The position numbers were made by a program, and so were the translations under genes. A DNA stretch of 64,000 bases from Eledone cirrhosa. Lineage: Eukaryota. The notes beneath the pieces are model-generated. The model was not told the DNA's origin. It worked only from the letters and a program-made list of their open reading frames with translations, and ran no database searches. This document shows, piece by piece, positions 25,701-40,914 of this stretch; the first letter of the stretch is position 1, and every line of letters starts with the position of its first letter. The DNA lies in contig OZ024764.1 of NCBI GenBank assembly GCA_964016885.1, positions 22,382,001-22,446,000 of the forward strand, read 5' to 3'.

Positions 25701-26741
25701 TCTTTGCAGTCTAGGCTGGTTTCTTTTTGTCATATCACCTCCATGACCACCTTATAATGTTTACTGTGTGTTCTTTGCAGTGTGGGCTGGTTTCTTTTTG
25801 TCATATCACCTACATGACCACCTTATAATGTTGACTGTGTGTTCTTTACAGTGTGGGTTGGGTGCTTTTTGTCATATCACCTACCCAACCACTTTGCAGT
25901 GTGGGCAGTGAAATATCAGTAATGCACCAGCTCCAATATTCAGTAATCAGAAGAAGGGAGGTAGGCATAAAAGCCAAACTTGCTGTCTTCAATTAGGTTT
26001 TTGTGCCAACCCTTACCTATGGTCACATATCTTGGGTAATGACCAAAAGAATATGATTGGGAATACAAATGGCAGATATGGGATTTCTCTGAAGGGTCTT
26101 TGAAGGAACGTTTCTCAATAAAGTGCATAGCTCTGAGATCAGAGAGTCACTCCAGGTGGAGCTGTTACTTCTCCGAATTGAGAGATCATAGCTGCAATAC
26201 TATGGCCATGTGGTTAGAATGTCTGAAGAAAGAATCACTGGATAGATTTTACAGGCTAAACTAACCGGCAGGAGACCCAGGGGTAGACCTGAGCAAGATG
26301 GTCACATAACATCCATGAGCTTGGCTGGTCTCTCTGGGAGATCCAGCCAGATCAGTTGGAGTGGGTTGCTTCTGACAGGACCTGTTGAAGGGAGTGTTTG
26401 AGGACTCTGCCCCCAAGACCCTCTCTGGAATGACTGGATTAATAAGAAGAGGTTGAGGTTACATAATCAACATCAGATTTCCCTGCTAGCAAGGGTTTAA
26501 TGAGTCTACTTCAACCAAGTAAGTACTGAAGTGAGGCTACTGATCTCCCAGACAGACCAAGGATCTGAGACTTATTTACATAAGGTCTCATTTGCTACTG
26601 AGTGCACAGAAAAGGTTGTCATGTTTTTGTCATGATTGAAGGGTTCTCCAACACTATTGTCAGGCAAGCTTTCTATGGCTAGATGTCGTTCACATGACCA
26701 ACCACATTACAGCCTGTGTTGGGTCTGTTTATCATGTAGGT

Positions 26742-28391
26742 GAGGCATAACAAACTGAGGGTTCCCCAAGGGCCACATAGGTCACATGTGTTGTCTGAGG
26801 GTTGCACACTACAACTAATTATGCTCACGACAACTAATTAAAGTCATTTAATAAAATTTAATATAGAAAGATTTGTTACTTAAATTTAGAAACATACAAT
26901 GTACATACAAATGTTTTAGCAGCATTCATGAATACAAAGTAATGAAGTAGTTTGATAAAAAACTAAAATTTCACATGTCAACATATACTTGCAGATTGTA
27001 ACAGCAACAAATACATTGTACACAAATAACAACAGTTGAAAACTGAACATTTATTTGCTACTATTCAACCATTTTTAGTGTTTTGTCCTGAGGCTTGACA
27101 CTTCTTTCTGTTGACTATTTTTGGTATATCTGGCTGAAATGTCTGTACAGTTCCAACTTTAATCAGAAATGACAAGTGTTGATCTGTCAGCCTTGTTCTC
27201 TGAGAAGTTTTTGTTAAGCTAAGTACAGACTCAGTATGGGCAGTGATTTTCAGCTCTTTGCACATAAGAAAATGAATTAAATTTTCATCTGACAACGGAG
27301 ACTTCCATAAGCTAAGTTTTCTAATGAAGAACTTGATGTCATCATACAACTGAGTGATGGGTTTGTTTTTACCTTGTAATTTCAAATTAAGGTCAGTTAA
27401 TTGTGCAGTAATATCCACAAATAAAGCCAGATGTTGGAGCCAACTTTCATCTTTTATTTCATCTGTGTTTTGACTTTTCATCTCCAAAAACATAATTATT
27501 TCAGCACTTTGTGACATGTCAACCAGCAGACTTCTGTGTAGAATGGAACATCGGTGAACTGATTATCCATATCTTCCAACAACTGGCTGAACTGACGGTG
27601 GTTGAGAGCATGGCCTCTGATTTAGTTCACTGTCTTTGTGACCAAGCTAAGCACATGATGCAATTTTAAAATCTTTGAACATAAATTTTGCTCATGAATA
27701 ATACAGTGAAAATGTGCAAATCATGAATCTAGATATGAGTTTTCTATTTTTGTTTGTAACTTGGCAGCAACACCATTATGTCTACCAACCATATTTGCAG
27801 CACTGTCAGTAGATAAACATGCAAGTTTACTCAGATCAAAACCATGCAGACCCTGCTTGACCTTCTCAAAGATGTCCTGGCTTGTTATAATGTCATGCAT
27901 GGGGACCTGTTCAATCAGTTCTTCATAAATATTAAATTCACTGTCACAGGCCCTGATGAAGAATGCAAGCTGTACTATTCCAGTGATGTCAACAGTCTCT
28001 TCAATAGCAATAGAAACATGTTCAAACCTTGATGATACAGCCTTTAACTGTTGTTTCAGATCACCTGACATTTCATTAATCTGTTCAGCAACAGTGTTCC
28101 TGGTTAATGAAATGTCTTTGAATAACTCTGCTTTCTCCGGACAGTTTCAGCTGTCTTTACAAGACATTGCTTTACAAAATCTCCTTTACTGTAAGATTTC
28201 CCACTCATGGCAATTATTCAACTGAGTTCATAGTTTGCAGTAATGGAAGTGACATCCTCTTCCTGAATTAACATAAAACAGGTCTGTTGCTGTGTCAAGT
28301 TAGACTTCAATTCCTTGAGTCTTGAAACACACATTGGGCCTTCATATTTATCGTAAGATCGATGGTTTGTTTCATAATGTCTTTTTAAATT
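26742..28391 (-). mobile_element. hAT/Buster copy truncated by a rearrangement
   Basis: Paralog of 12951-~14600; left TSD atgtaggt at 26734-26741; other end missing. Confidence 0.88.
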
Positions 28392-29409
28392 TAAAAATTA
28401 TTTTTAAATAACTTAAAAGATAATTTTAAGGCAACGTGACCCAACAGGTCGCGGGTGGTCTAGTTTGTTACTAAATACTAGATATTAGAGGGTCATGTTC
28501 TAGATGTGCTGGAAGAGCTATTCTATCTCGTGAGGCTCACACCAGCAGCTAGCCACCTCAGCACCTATGGTGGTATATTTATTATATTAATTATTCTTTA
28601 TCATTAACATTAATATAACAGATAATTATATATTTTTAGAGAAGAACCTCTAACTTCATATAGCTCAGGGCTTCAGTAGGTAAAAGTCTGGCCCTGCTTG
28701 TCTTGTATTTTTTAGGGGAGAAGTTAGGGAATACGGTTATTGTGTGAAAGTTTTCTAAATCTTCTTCAGCCACTAACATGGAGAAGATATTTCAGTAAAA
28801 AGGTTCACATCCTGACATCTATAGCTGTTAACAATGAGATTGGAATTCATTATTAAACAAATGTTATATCATCATCACTGTTTTACATCAGTTTTTTCAC
28901 GCTGGCATGGGTTAGACGAGTTATCCTGTTGTAAGCATTGCCAGGTCAGGTGATCACGTGTTGCTCCTACAGAACAAATTTTGGTTTGGTTTCTACAGCT
29001 GGATGCCCTTCCTAGCACCAACCTTATTTACATTGAGTACTGGGTGCTTTTTACTATCTCACCAACTCGACCACTTTACAGTGAGAACTGGGTACTTTTT
29101 ATCGTGACACCTACAGTACCACTTTACAGGGTGGACTGGGTACTTTTTGCCATGACACCAATGTGACCACTTTACAGTGTGGATTGGGTACTTTTTGTCG
29201 TGACACCTACATGACCACTTTACAATGTGGAATGGGTACTTTTTGTTGTGACACCTACATGACCACTTTACAGTGTGGATTGGGTACTTTTTGTCATGAC
29301 ACCTACACAACCTCTTTACAGTGTTGGCAGTGAAATCTAATGCGCCAGCTTCAGTAATCAGAAGATACATATACACACACACAAACAGAAATATATATAT
29401 ATATATATT

Positions 29410-31472
29410 CAGTGGTACCTTGACTTACAAGTGTCCCAACTAATAAGTTTTTCGAGATACGAGCCCTCTTTCGGCTGATTTTTTGCGTTGAGTTCCAGAG
29501 TAAAATTCAGGTTACGAGTCAGCTTCAGATGCCCCGCCACTAGTTGGCATAGTGACCGCCACAGGCAATACCGTAACACCCGCCCGGCATCCCATGGCTT
29601 CGAAAGAAAGTGAGGGCGAAGGACAGTTCTGAGAAGAAGAAGCGGATGATGTGTATTGAATTAAAGAAAGAAATTATAGAAAAACATGACCAAGGTGTGT
29701 GTGTAGTGGACTTGGTGAAGCAGTACGAGCGTAGCACTTCTATGATATGTACCATACTGAAGTAGAAGGACTTGATAAAGGCTATAACCCCAGCTAAGGG
29801 TGGTAAAAGAATTTGTAAACAGCGGACATCTATCCATGAAAATATGGAAAAGCTGCTGATGGTGTGGTTGACGGAGAAGCAGCTCGCAAGAGATACCGTG
29901 ATGAAGATTATAATATGTGAGAAGGCACGAGCTATTTACGCTGATTTGCTGCAGCAGACCCCAGGTACTTCTACGGACGAGGCATCGGCAAGCCCTTTAA
30001 TGCCAGTCGGGGTTGGTTTGAGAATTTTAAAAAGAGGACCGGCATTCACTCCGTTGTCAGGCATGGTGAGGCAGCGAGCGCGGATATGAAGGCAGCTGAG
30101 GATTACCTCAAAACCTTTGTCAGAATTATAGCAGCCGAAGGATACATCCCTCAGCAAGTCTTTAACTGTGATGAAACAGGACTTTTTTGGAAGAAGATAC
30201 CAAAAAGGACTTATATAACGGCAGAGGAGAAGAGGATGCCTGGCCACAAACCCATGAAGGATAGGCTAACCCCTGCACTGTGCCTATGCGAGCGGTGACT
30301 GTAAGATTAAGTCGCTGCTCGTTTATCATTCAGAAAACTCCAGAACCTTTAAGTCACATAAGATTCTGAAAGAAAAACTGCAGGTTTTGTGGAGGGCAAA
30401 CCCGAGGTCATGGGTCACCAGGTAGTTCTTTGTGGAGTGGGTGAATTTGGTCTTTGGTCCTGACGTTAAAAAATATCTCCAGGAAAATAACCTACCCCTG
30501 AAAACCCTTCTTGTCCTACATAATGCACCTGCTCACCAACCCACCCTCGAAGAGTTCAAGTTTATAAAGGTCCTCTACCTTTCACCAAACACCACCCCTA
30601 TCCTACAGACCAAGGACCAGCAGGTACTTTCTAATTTCAAGAAGCTCTTCACCAAGCACCTGTTCAGTCGCTGCTTTGAAGTGACGGAGAGCACAAACTT
30701 CACCCTTGAGAGGTCTGGAAGGACCATTATAACATCGTGATATGCCTCAGAATTATCGATATGACATGGCAGGGTCTTACAAAGAGGACCTTGACCTCTA
30801 CATGGAAGAAGCTGAGGCCTGAAGTTGTGTCTATAACAGACTTTGAAGGACTCGAACCCGAAGCGGCAGTGGTGGAGGAGATTGTACGCCTCGGTAAGTC
30901 CATGGGCCTGGACATGGATGAAGGTGACATCAACGTATTCATCGAGGAACTGACAACGAAGGAATTAAAGGAGCTACAGACACAGCAACACACGGAGTTT
31001 TTGCAGGAAATAGGTGACACAGAGGAGGTTATCTCAACAAGTGAGATGAAACAAACCTCATTAGACAGGTTTTTATCGAAAATCCCTGCAGATAAAAGTG
31101 AGGAACGCGTTGCGAAAAGGGCAAAAATCAGCGAATAAGATTCAGTTATTCAGTTCATTCTTTCTCCTCCGTCAACATCCTCAAGTCGTCTGATCTCCAA
31201 GATAGATGCTGTACATTATACTTAATAAAACTAGTTTGTTGCAGTACATTCTATTGTATTGTTTTTTTATATACAATATTTGTTATTTATAAGTACATTT
31301 TTCTTATTTAAAAACACGTAACAAAACAAACTATGGTTTTTGTGGTCTGGAACGGATTAACGGCATTTTAATTTATTTCAGTGGGGAAAATTGATTTGAC
31401 ATACAAGTAATTTAAGTTACGAGGTCCTACACGGAACAAATTAAATTAAACTCATAAGTCAAGATACCACTG
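29410..31472 (+). mobile_element. Tigger/pogo (TIGD1-like) DNA transposon, decayed, seen only in unit 2
   Basis: TIRs cagtggtaccttgacttacaagt / actcataagtcaagataccactg within (TA)n; CENP-B-type HTH and DDE fragments MEKLLMVWL, ICEKAR, VFNCDETGLFWKK, KPMKDRLT, HNAPAH, PNTTP. Confidence 0.92.
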
Positions 31473-31496
31473 TGTGTGTATATATATATATATACG

Positions 31497-31668
31497 AAGG
31501 AACGATCGACTTTCGTCAAATCGGACTAAGGAAGCAATGTTTCCATTGGTCTTTCCAATTGCTAGTACTAACGGTCGCAACTCCAAGTAGAAGGAACAAC
31601 GTGAAATAAAGTGTCTTGCTCAAGGACATAACGCATCGCCTGGTCCAGGAAGCGAACTCACAACCTCA
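31497..31668 (-). mobile_element. 5'-truncated tRNA-SINE, reverse orientation
   Basis: Reverse complement of ~15838-16010. Confidence 0.75.
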
Positions 31669-32776
31669 AGATATATATATATATAGTTAAATATTAGACA
31701 GGAACAAAAAACAGAGGCAGTGCAAATGGTAGTTTATACCGAGAGAGAGACAGACAAACACATCTAAACCTCTACTAATGTAAAACATAAAACATATGTA
31801 AGGGGAGACAACTCTCATTACATCCCCCTCTTCTTTTTGACATACATTCTTTAGATACTTTGTACAATGGAATCTACTTTATTTTGTGTCCTAAGTAGAT
31901 TTCTGTTTAAGTATTTACGAGATTCACAATGATTCACGTAACCAAGTTACTTACATAGAGATATATTTCACATAGAATCACAACAAATGAAAATATTAAG
32001 TCAACACTCTGTCAATCAGTCTCGCATCACATGGGGTGCCGGAGTCTCCCTCTAATACTTTCTGAGACAGTCTTACCTCGAGTGATAGCAAGGCTAAGAT
32101 GTTGGAACTACCAAACACCCTCATATGTATCACCTGACACCTCGGTAAGGAGAGCTGCCAACGATAACAAGAACCTCGTTGTCAGGGACCTATCTCCTCC
32201 AAACTTCTCCAACACCACAGACTAGAATATTCTACTCTTTATTCCCTATCAAATATATTTCAGTCTAGTCATTTATCTTGTATCTTGTATATGTATTTTC
32301 AAAACTAACTGTCACATTTGTGAGACCCCAGTTAGTGATGTTTTCGTCTCCATCCTACATCCTACATGCTGTAGTAAAAGTGAGGGTCACTGCTTCTGTA
32401 GACGAACGAAATAAAAGTTAAACTACCAGTAATTATCGGCAAAGTATTTATTCCAGTCTGTGATGGTTGAGAAGCTGGGCTGCTGACAACGAAGTTGTGG
32501 TCACTGTTGGCGGCTGGCTTTACCGAAGTACCCGATGACTCTTGTGAGGGTACTTAGCTGTTCTGGCGGTTTAGCCTCCATGACATGATTTTACTGAGAT
32601 ACCCGGTGATCTCTGTCAGGGTACTTAGCTGTTCTGGCGGTTTAGCCTCCATATGACCCGATCTTACCGAGATACCCGGTGATCTCTGTCAGGGTACTTA
32701 GCTGTTCTGGCAACTTAGCCCCCATATGACCCGATTTACCGAAGTACCCGGTGATCTCTGTAAGAGTACTTAGCTG

Positions 32777-33420
32777 GGCATAGGTTAAGTTTTACGTCCT
32801 CGAAAATGAAACTAGGTTTTCTGACAAGTGAATGTGTTTTTTTTTTTTTCCAATGAAATTTACGATACACTCTTTGTTTATTTACAACAGGTCTCTATAG
32901 TGATATGGTGTTAATTAGTATTGCGTGTGTGATTATTTTCTCTTATATATATATGTGTGGGTGTGTATATGTGTGTATATATATGTGTGTCTGTATGTAT
33001 ATATATATATGTGTTTGTATATATATATGTGTTTGTGTCATCATCATCGTTTACATGTTTTTACCCAAATCCCTTATCATTCTCTGTCCTTATGACCCGG
33101 CCTTAATTTGTTTATAGTTGGTGCCAACTTTGGCAAGATATTACAAAAACATCTAAACGATGATGATGACACAAACACATATATATATACAAACACACAC
33201 ATATATATATATACATACAGACACACATATACACAGCCACACATATATATATAAGAAATAATAATCACACACGCAATACTAATTAACACCATATCACTAT
33301 AGAGACCTGTTGTAAATAAACAAAGAGTGTATCGTAAATTTCATTGGAAAAAAAAACAAACACATTCACTTGTCAGAAAACCTAGTTTCATTTTCGAGGA
33401 CGTAAAACTTAACCTATGCC
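32777..33420. mobile_element. 644-bp foldback MITE with ~285-bp inverted arms
   Basis: ggcataggttaagttttacgtcc...ggacgtaaaacttaacctatgcc flanked by direct repeat cttagctg (32769-32776, 33421-33428); empty sites at ~16897 and ~48444. Confidence 0.93.
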
Positions 33421-33525
33421 CTTAGCTGTTCTATTTTAATTACATTTACTGATTTCAACTTTCATTTTTTTATTACAAACTTTACATAATTTAATTCCGT
33501 AAAAATATTTTACGTCACAAAAAAA

Positions 33526-33654
33526 CTTGACCTTTGACATTGAAGCATGCGCAGTGGTGCAGTTGTCGACTTCCTGTCCACGTGTCAGTCTTCCTACAAC
33601 ATCATTTAGAAAACATTTCTGTAAATACTAAACACCTGAGACTATAATGTAAGT
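33526..33654 (+). promoter_or_regulatory. Putative promoter and exon 1 of ZNF copy 3
   Basis: Same motif cluster as 17005-17133; GTAAGT at 33649. Confidence 0.6.
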
Positions 33655-35625
33655 ATTATGTCTATTAATATTGTAGATTTAAGCTCACTTTTCACATCAC
33701 AAATATATATTTTCTTGTTTGTTTCATTACTGGAAATATAAAATGTTATCGTAATTATCTATATTTTACCTACCTCTAATTAATTAAAGTGAAAACTTTT
33801 GTTGTTGCTGAAAAATAAATTAACAAAACTAAATATTTAAATATTCTAAAGGTCGTTTTTATATTATGTGATGATATAATTAATATATTTTATTACAATT
33901 GTATAAATTTACAGTAGAATAACGTTGTAAATATGTCTTAAATATATACATAAATAACATAAGTGTGTAAATAACATTATAAATTGTGGGCAATTCCTTG
34001 AGAAAGACATTACAAATATATTGTCTAAACTGTGTATAATAATATAATTTATTGAACAATAATGATAAAGGTAAGAAAAACATAGTGGGAGATGGCAATT
34101 CACCACCAGGTGTGATAATAGGCCACACCTCACACCTTGAGGAAAGCCAACACACTGGCAGCATTACTAAGGTGTTGAAATAACCAGGTACCCTCACGGG
34201 TATCACCTGGTACCTCGGTAAGGTGAGGCTAAGGTGCTGAAATAACCAGGTACCCTCACGGGTATCACCTAACACCTCGGTAAGGTGAGGCTAAGGGGCT
34301 GAAATAACCAGGTACCCTCACGGGTATCACCTGACACCTTGGTAAGGTGAGTCTAAGGGGCTGAAATAACCAGGTACCCTCACGGAAACGACTAGATTTG
34401 TAGAAAAAGTAGGGTGAAAGTATACGAAGAGATATAGTTTCACAGATCTACTCACACCTCAAGTTGGGTGGGAAATAATTATTTTTCTTAGATTTTTTTC
34501 TAGACCCCTTTTCAATATTTTCTCAGGACCCCTTAGATACTTGCAGGAGACGTTTTATTCCTCAGTATTAGGGTTAGGGTTTCCGTTTTCAGGAAGAAAA
34601 GTCGATTGCAAACATCTAAGAGGTCGAGAAATAAAAATAAGGAAAGATAATTATTTCCCAGCCAACTGGAGAAGTGTGTAGCTCTTCTAAACTCCGATAA
34701 TCCTGTCTCCCACTTCTTTATCTACAAATCTAGTCGTTTCCTGCTACTTTGAAGGCCCTATTTATTGATAACACCACTTGTAAATCTTTGTCAACTTTTC
34801 ATACGTAAATTGTGAATCAGTTATTTTTAAACAAACTATCAAAGAAGTGATCTCACAGTAACTGTGTTTGATTTAATCAACTTATTCCCCCCAAACATTG
34901 TCGACCTTGTGTCTAAATCTGAAACTATTATTAGATCTTAAATCAACCCCGTAAAGATGAAGGGCAAAGCTAACCTCGGCGGGATTTCAACCCTTTATGT
35001 TATGAGTTCAAATCCCACCAAAGTTAGCTCTGTCTTTCATTCTAACGGAGTGGATAAATTAAAGTTCCAGTAATCTACTGGGGTCCGAGATATTAACGTT
35101 TGAGTAGATTCTATCTTTTTGTGTGTTTGTATTTATAATGTTACTAGAACACCTGTGACCTGTTGGGTCACGTTCCCTTTAAAAATAATTTTTAAATAAT
35201 TAAAATATACAGACATGTCTATAACTTAAAATGAAATTAGTAGTTAGGCCCATGTATATATATATATATATGCGTGTGTGTATGTATATGTGTGTATGTG
35301 TGTGTGTATATATATGTCACAGACACACACACACAACTCGTTATACTTTTAAAATTTCGTTCAACAACACCACCAGCTCTCTCTCTATTTATGAAGGTAC
35401 CAGAAAAAACTCATATCTCGGGAACCTGTGCTCTGATTTACATGAAACTTGTTTTATCCCATTTGTATTCCCATTTCAGGGTCAACTTCCTTTCAAACTA
35501 TTTTCCCATTATGCCCCGTTTTGGCTGTATTACATTACAGACAAGACACAATCACAGAATTTTAGGTTTATAATGTTATAGTATCATGATAGGGTAATAC
35601 AGTTATTTAGAGACCTGTGGTAAAT

Positions 35626-35880
35626 GTTGGTTCAGTCTACCCTGGGGGGTGTTAGTGTTGGTTCAGTCCACCATGGGGGGTGTTAGTGTTGGTTCAGTCC
35701 ACCCTGGGGGGTGTTAGTGTTGGTTCAGTCCACCCTGGGGAGTGTTAGTGTTGGTTCAGTCCACCCTGGGGGGTGTTAGTGTTGGTTCAGTCCACCCTGG
35801 GGAGTGCTAGTGTTGGTTCAGTCCACCCTGTGGGGTGTTAGTGTTGGTTCAGTCCACTCTGGGGGGTGTTAGTGTTGGTC
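35626..35880. repeat. 31-bp G-rich minisatellite, ~8 copies
   Basis: Tandem repeat. Confidence 0.92.
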
Positions 35881-35907
35881 AATGATAACCTTTATAACTA
35901 GAGGCCT

Positions 35908-38907
35908 GTTGGTGAGGACAAGCAGGAAGTGGTGACATCTTTCTGCTACCTGTGTGACATGTCAGCTGGAAGTGGAGCCAAGTTCACTGCCATCGTGCTG
36001 TGCCACTCCACAGGTAACAAGTTTAGGCAGCTTCTCCTAATCCTCAAGACACGCTGGCTACCATTAGACACCATGGGGCAGATTTATAACACCTGTGGGA
36101 GAAGTGTGTTGTTTCATGCCAGCGAGACCTGGGCCATGTTATCTGACTGTCTGAATTGACTCTGAAGAAATGACAGAGCTATGATCCACTGGATGTGTAG
36201 TGTGACCATTGAGGATGATGTCAGCTCAACTGAGCTCTTAAAAAAACTGCTCAGCGACAACCTTAAGGATGTGTTTCACAGGAGACACATGCACTGGTAT
36301 GGCCATGTTGTGCATTCTCTCTCAACTCATCTATGCTTGGTCGTTGATGCACATTGACATTGCACATCCAACGGAGCATACTTGCTTCATTTCTCTCCAG
36401 CCATCGCATATCCTCCACAGTTGCTGTGCATGTCTCACTACCGTGCAGCATCACACATCTCACGCAGGCATCACAAGCCATTCGTTCTTAGAGAGAAACC
36501 CTTCTTTGTCAACAGAGGAAGCAGCTCCCTAAACTTCTTCCAACCCGTCCTTATTCTAGATACTATGGCCTCTGAGCACCCTCCTCCCATGCTAATTTGA
36601 TCACCTAGATACCGGAAGCTATCAACCACTTCTATAGAACCTATCTGCATTTGAAAAATGTGTCTATCACTGCGACTTCTACTGTCAAATTTCCCTGTAC
36701 ATCTACTGCATATGTATTTTTCCCTACCTGTTAGTTTGCCTGCTATCCCACTACATTTCTTGTGTACCCAAAATCTGCATTGTGTACATTATAGAATTTA
36801 TGCCAGTTCCTTTTCTACATATCGAACAAGGCCATTTCCCTGATGGAATGACAGTTTTGTCCTCTTTTCTACTCATCAACACTTTAGTCTTAGCTAGGTT
36901 CACTCTCAGTCCTCTTGATTCCAACTGCTGTTGCAATAGCCAGAATTTATTCTCTAGCTCCTCTACTGATTCTGCTATAAGAACCATATCGTCAGCATAG
37001 AGAACTTCCCATGGCCACCTAGTCTTAAACTCCTCTGTTATGACATGGAGGACTATAATGAACAAGAGCGTGCTGAGGACCGAAACCTGATGTACTCCTA
37101 CTTGTATCTGGAATTCCTCACTAAACTCCATGCCTACCCTCACTTTACTGACAGCACCTCTGTACATAGCTTGCACTGTCCTCACAAACTATTCCTCTAC
37201 ACCTAGTTTCCTTAGGGACCACCAGATGACAGATTGGGGTACTCTATCAAAGGCCTTCTCTAGGTCAACAAAAACTAAGTATAGTGGTTTTTTTCTCTAA
37301 GAACCTCTCTTGTAGTTGTCTCACTAAGAAGAGGGCATCTGTTTGACTCTTTCTCTAAGTTGTGCTAGTATTCTTTCTGTCACTTTCATAACCTGATCCA
37401 TCAGTTTTATACCCCTATAATTACTCCCCTCCAGAACATCCCCTTTACCTTTACCTCAATTTATGAGAATACTGCTGCACCAGTCTTTGGGTATGACACC
37501 ACCATATATAGCTTGATTAATGATGCATTCAACCAGTTTAATTCCTACTTCTCTTGATGCCTTCAGCATCTCAGCAACTATCCCCAACAGTCCAGCGGAC
37601 TTACCATTTTTCATTTCCTTAATTGGACCCTATAGTCATCAATCTCAATAGCTGGTCCTTCTGTCGGGTCTACTGAAGGTAGCTCCCCTCCTATTCATTC
37701 TCCACATTCATCAGTCTCTCATAATGACATTTCCAGGCCTCCTTTTTTTTATAGAATCAGTGACACTAAGTGCACCAACACCCTGATTTACACTGACACA
37801 CTGCCTTGCAATGTGGATCACCGCACATCTCTGATCTCCCCATCGCAGGACATTGGCAAACCTTCTACTCTCAGCCTCCCTGCATGTTAAGTAGGCCTGA
37901 CATCTAGCTTCTCTCTTAGCGGCTGTGAATCGGTCTCTACCCCTACCATTTTTCCAAGCCTTTTGTCTCTAATGGCTCTATCTACCGTGCTGTTCCACCA
38001 CCAGGTCACCCTCTGTCTGGTTGGAACTCTGCTCCAGCCACAAGTTTCTTCAGTAACCTGCAGTAAGTTGTCACGTACGAAATTCCAGTTATCGTCCATG
38101 TCATAGGACTCTAAATCGTCTTCTTTTTCGTCATACACATCTTGAAGGGCTTTCCTAAATTTATATTTTAGTGAAAGGTCTTTTAGTTTCCAGACCTTCC
38201 TTTTTCACACCTTCTTGTATGTCTCTCCTTGTCTCTTGCTTACTGAGATGTCACTAACGACTAACCTATGTTGGTGGGGTTACATTGTTCCCTGGGGTAT
38301 GCCTTAGTATTTGACACCATCTGTCTCTCTTGCTACTTAACTAGCAAGAAGTCAATCTGTCTCATGTGCTCACCTGCTTGGTAGGTTATTAGGTGGTTGG
38401 TAGGTTTCTTGAAATGTTGCAAATGCTTAGTTCACTTGCATCACAAAATACAAGAAGCCTCACTCTTTCTTCGTTTCTTGAGCCATAACCATGACCACCA
38501 TGTACCCCAGTATATCCATCCTGGAACTGTCCAACATGACCATTGAAGTCCCCTGCTATTATAACTAGGTCTCTGTCATTGTGGTTATCTCTACTTATTC
38601 CTTTTCTACATATGGAGCAGGGCCACTTTCCTGAAGGTGTCAGGGTCTTCTCTCCTATCCATTAGCACTTTAGTTTTGGCTAAGTATATTCTCAGAACTT
38701 ACCATTTCAAATTCTATATCTATAGTTGGTCATCTACATAGAGAAGTTTCCATAGACAGCCAGTCTTAAACCTCTCTGTTATGGCTTGGAGAACTATGAT
38801 GAACAACAGTGGGCTAAGAACTAAACCATGATGAACTCCTACCTGTACCTTCAATTCCTCACTAAACACACCGCTTCTCACAAGCCATTCTTCTACACCT
38901 AATTTCT
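35908..38907 (-). mobile_element. RTE relics of unit 3
   Basis: Paralog of 2975-5985. Confidence 0.85.
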
Positions 38908-39576
38908 TTAACCCTTTAGTATATAAACTGGCCATATCTGGCCAGAATTGTCTCGTGTCTTTCTGTTCAAACTGGCCGTAACTGGTCATTTATACTTACG
39001 TTAAGGTATTGTTCTCCAAATAAGTAACATCAAAATCTCATAGATTTGATATTATGAGAGATAAAGCATTTACTGTGAAAATATAATAGTAAATATAGAG
39101 TAATGTGAATACTAAAGGGTTAATCTGATGTCACTAATAACTACTTTTATCTGTCAGTTTAATCTAATGTCACTAATAACTACTTTTATCAGTCAGTCTA
39201 ATCTAATGTCACTAATAACTAACCTATGTTAGTCAGCACATTCTTCACCAAGGAAGGCCTTAGTATTTATTACAGTCCATTTATCAATATAGAAATATTA
39301 CATGAAATTTGAACTGATGTATTACAAGTTTCTGAGTATCTTATAATGTTCTTTTATTGTTTCAGAATACCAGAGGACATTGGCATTAAAGAGCAGGTTA
39401 CATCAGACATATCCTCAATATTAACCATTTCTAATGAAAGACACTAACCATCATTTTCAAATAATTTTGAAAACACTCAACACTTTGAAGTGATTTAGTA
39501 ATATAACTAAATTTCTCAGTATTAAGCTGTGAATAATGTGAGAAACTGAGGTGATTGATATCTTTTAGTAGGAGAT

Positions 39577-40272
<696 letters not shown>

Positions 40273-40914
40273 CTGTATCAATATCAAACTCATTACATCA
40301 TACTACAACAACCAATGTGTAGATCCATCATCCTGGCTTAAACCGGGGTTAACCTTGTAGGTTTTATCTATGACAGGGACCATAAAACCAGGTTTCCATT
40401 TTTGAAGTAGTGTTTGAAGATTTTGTGTAAAATGAAGTTTTTCACATTAAACTTTGATTTATTATACTTTAACAGGTAAGATATATATTTGTATTTTTAG
40501 TAAAGGTTGGGAACTTCTGTAATTTAAACATGCCAATAAAAGGAAAACTTTTGTTGTTGCTAGTCTGACATTGATATTAATTCTATTGTCCTGTACATTG
40601 TCTCAAATATCACAGATTAAACAGATTTTAACAATAACAACAGAAATCAATAACTTGTAAGCCTAATATCTAGCTTCCATTTTAACCATTTGATATTGTT
40701 GTTCCCCTCCTGTCTCTTTAGGTCTTTTAGATTTCAACTTCTATCTACTGTACTATTCCATCACCAAGGCAACATTCATCTGGCTGGCAGCTTACATCAG
40801 CTACAGATCTCATCAGTGGTTCACAACAGGCTGTCTGAAAGAAACTTCCAGATATCTTCTATGTCATAGCTATCAATCTCCTCCTCCTTATCATATGTAT
40901 CATGTAGAACATCT

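Noticed and set aside
29592-31138. Domesticated TIGD1 gene
   Set aside because: Multiple stops and frameshifts with intact TIRs: a dead transposon.
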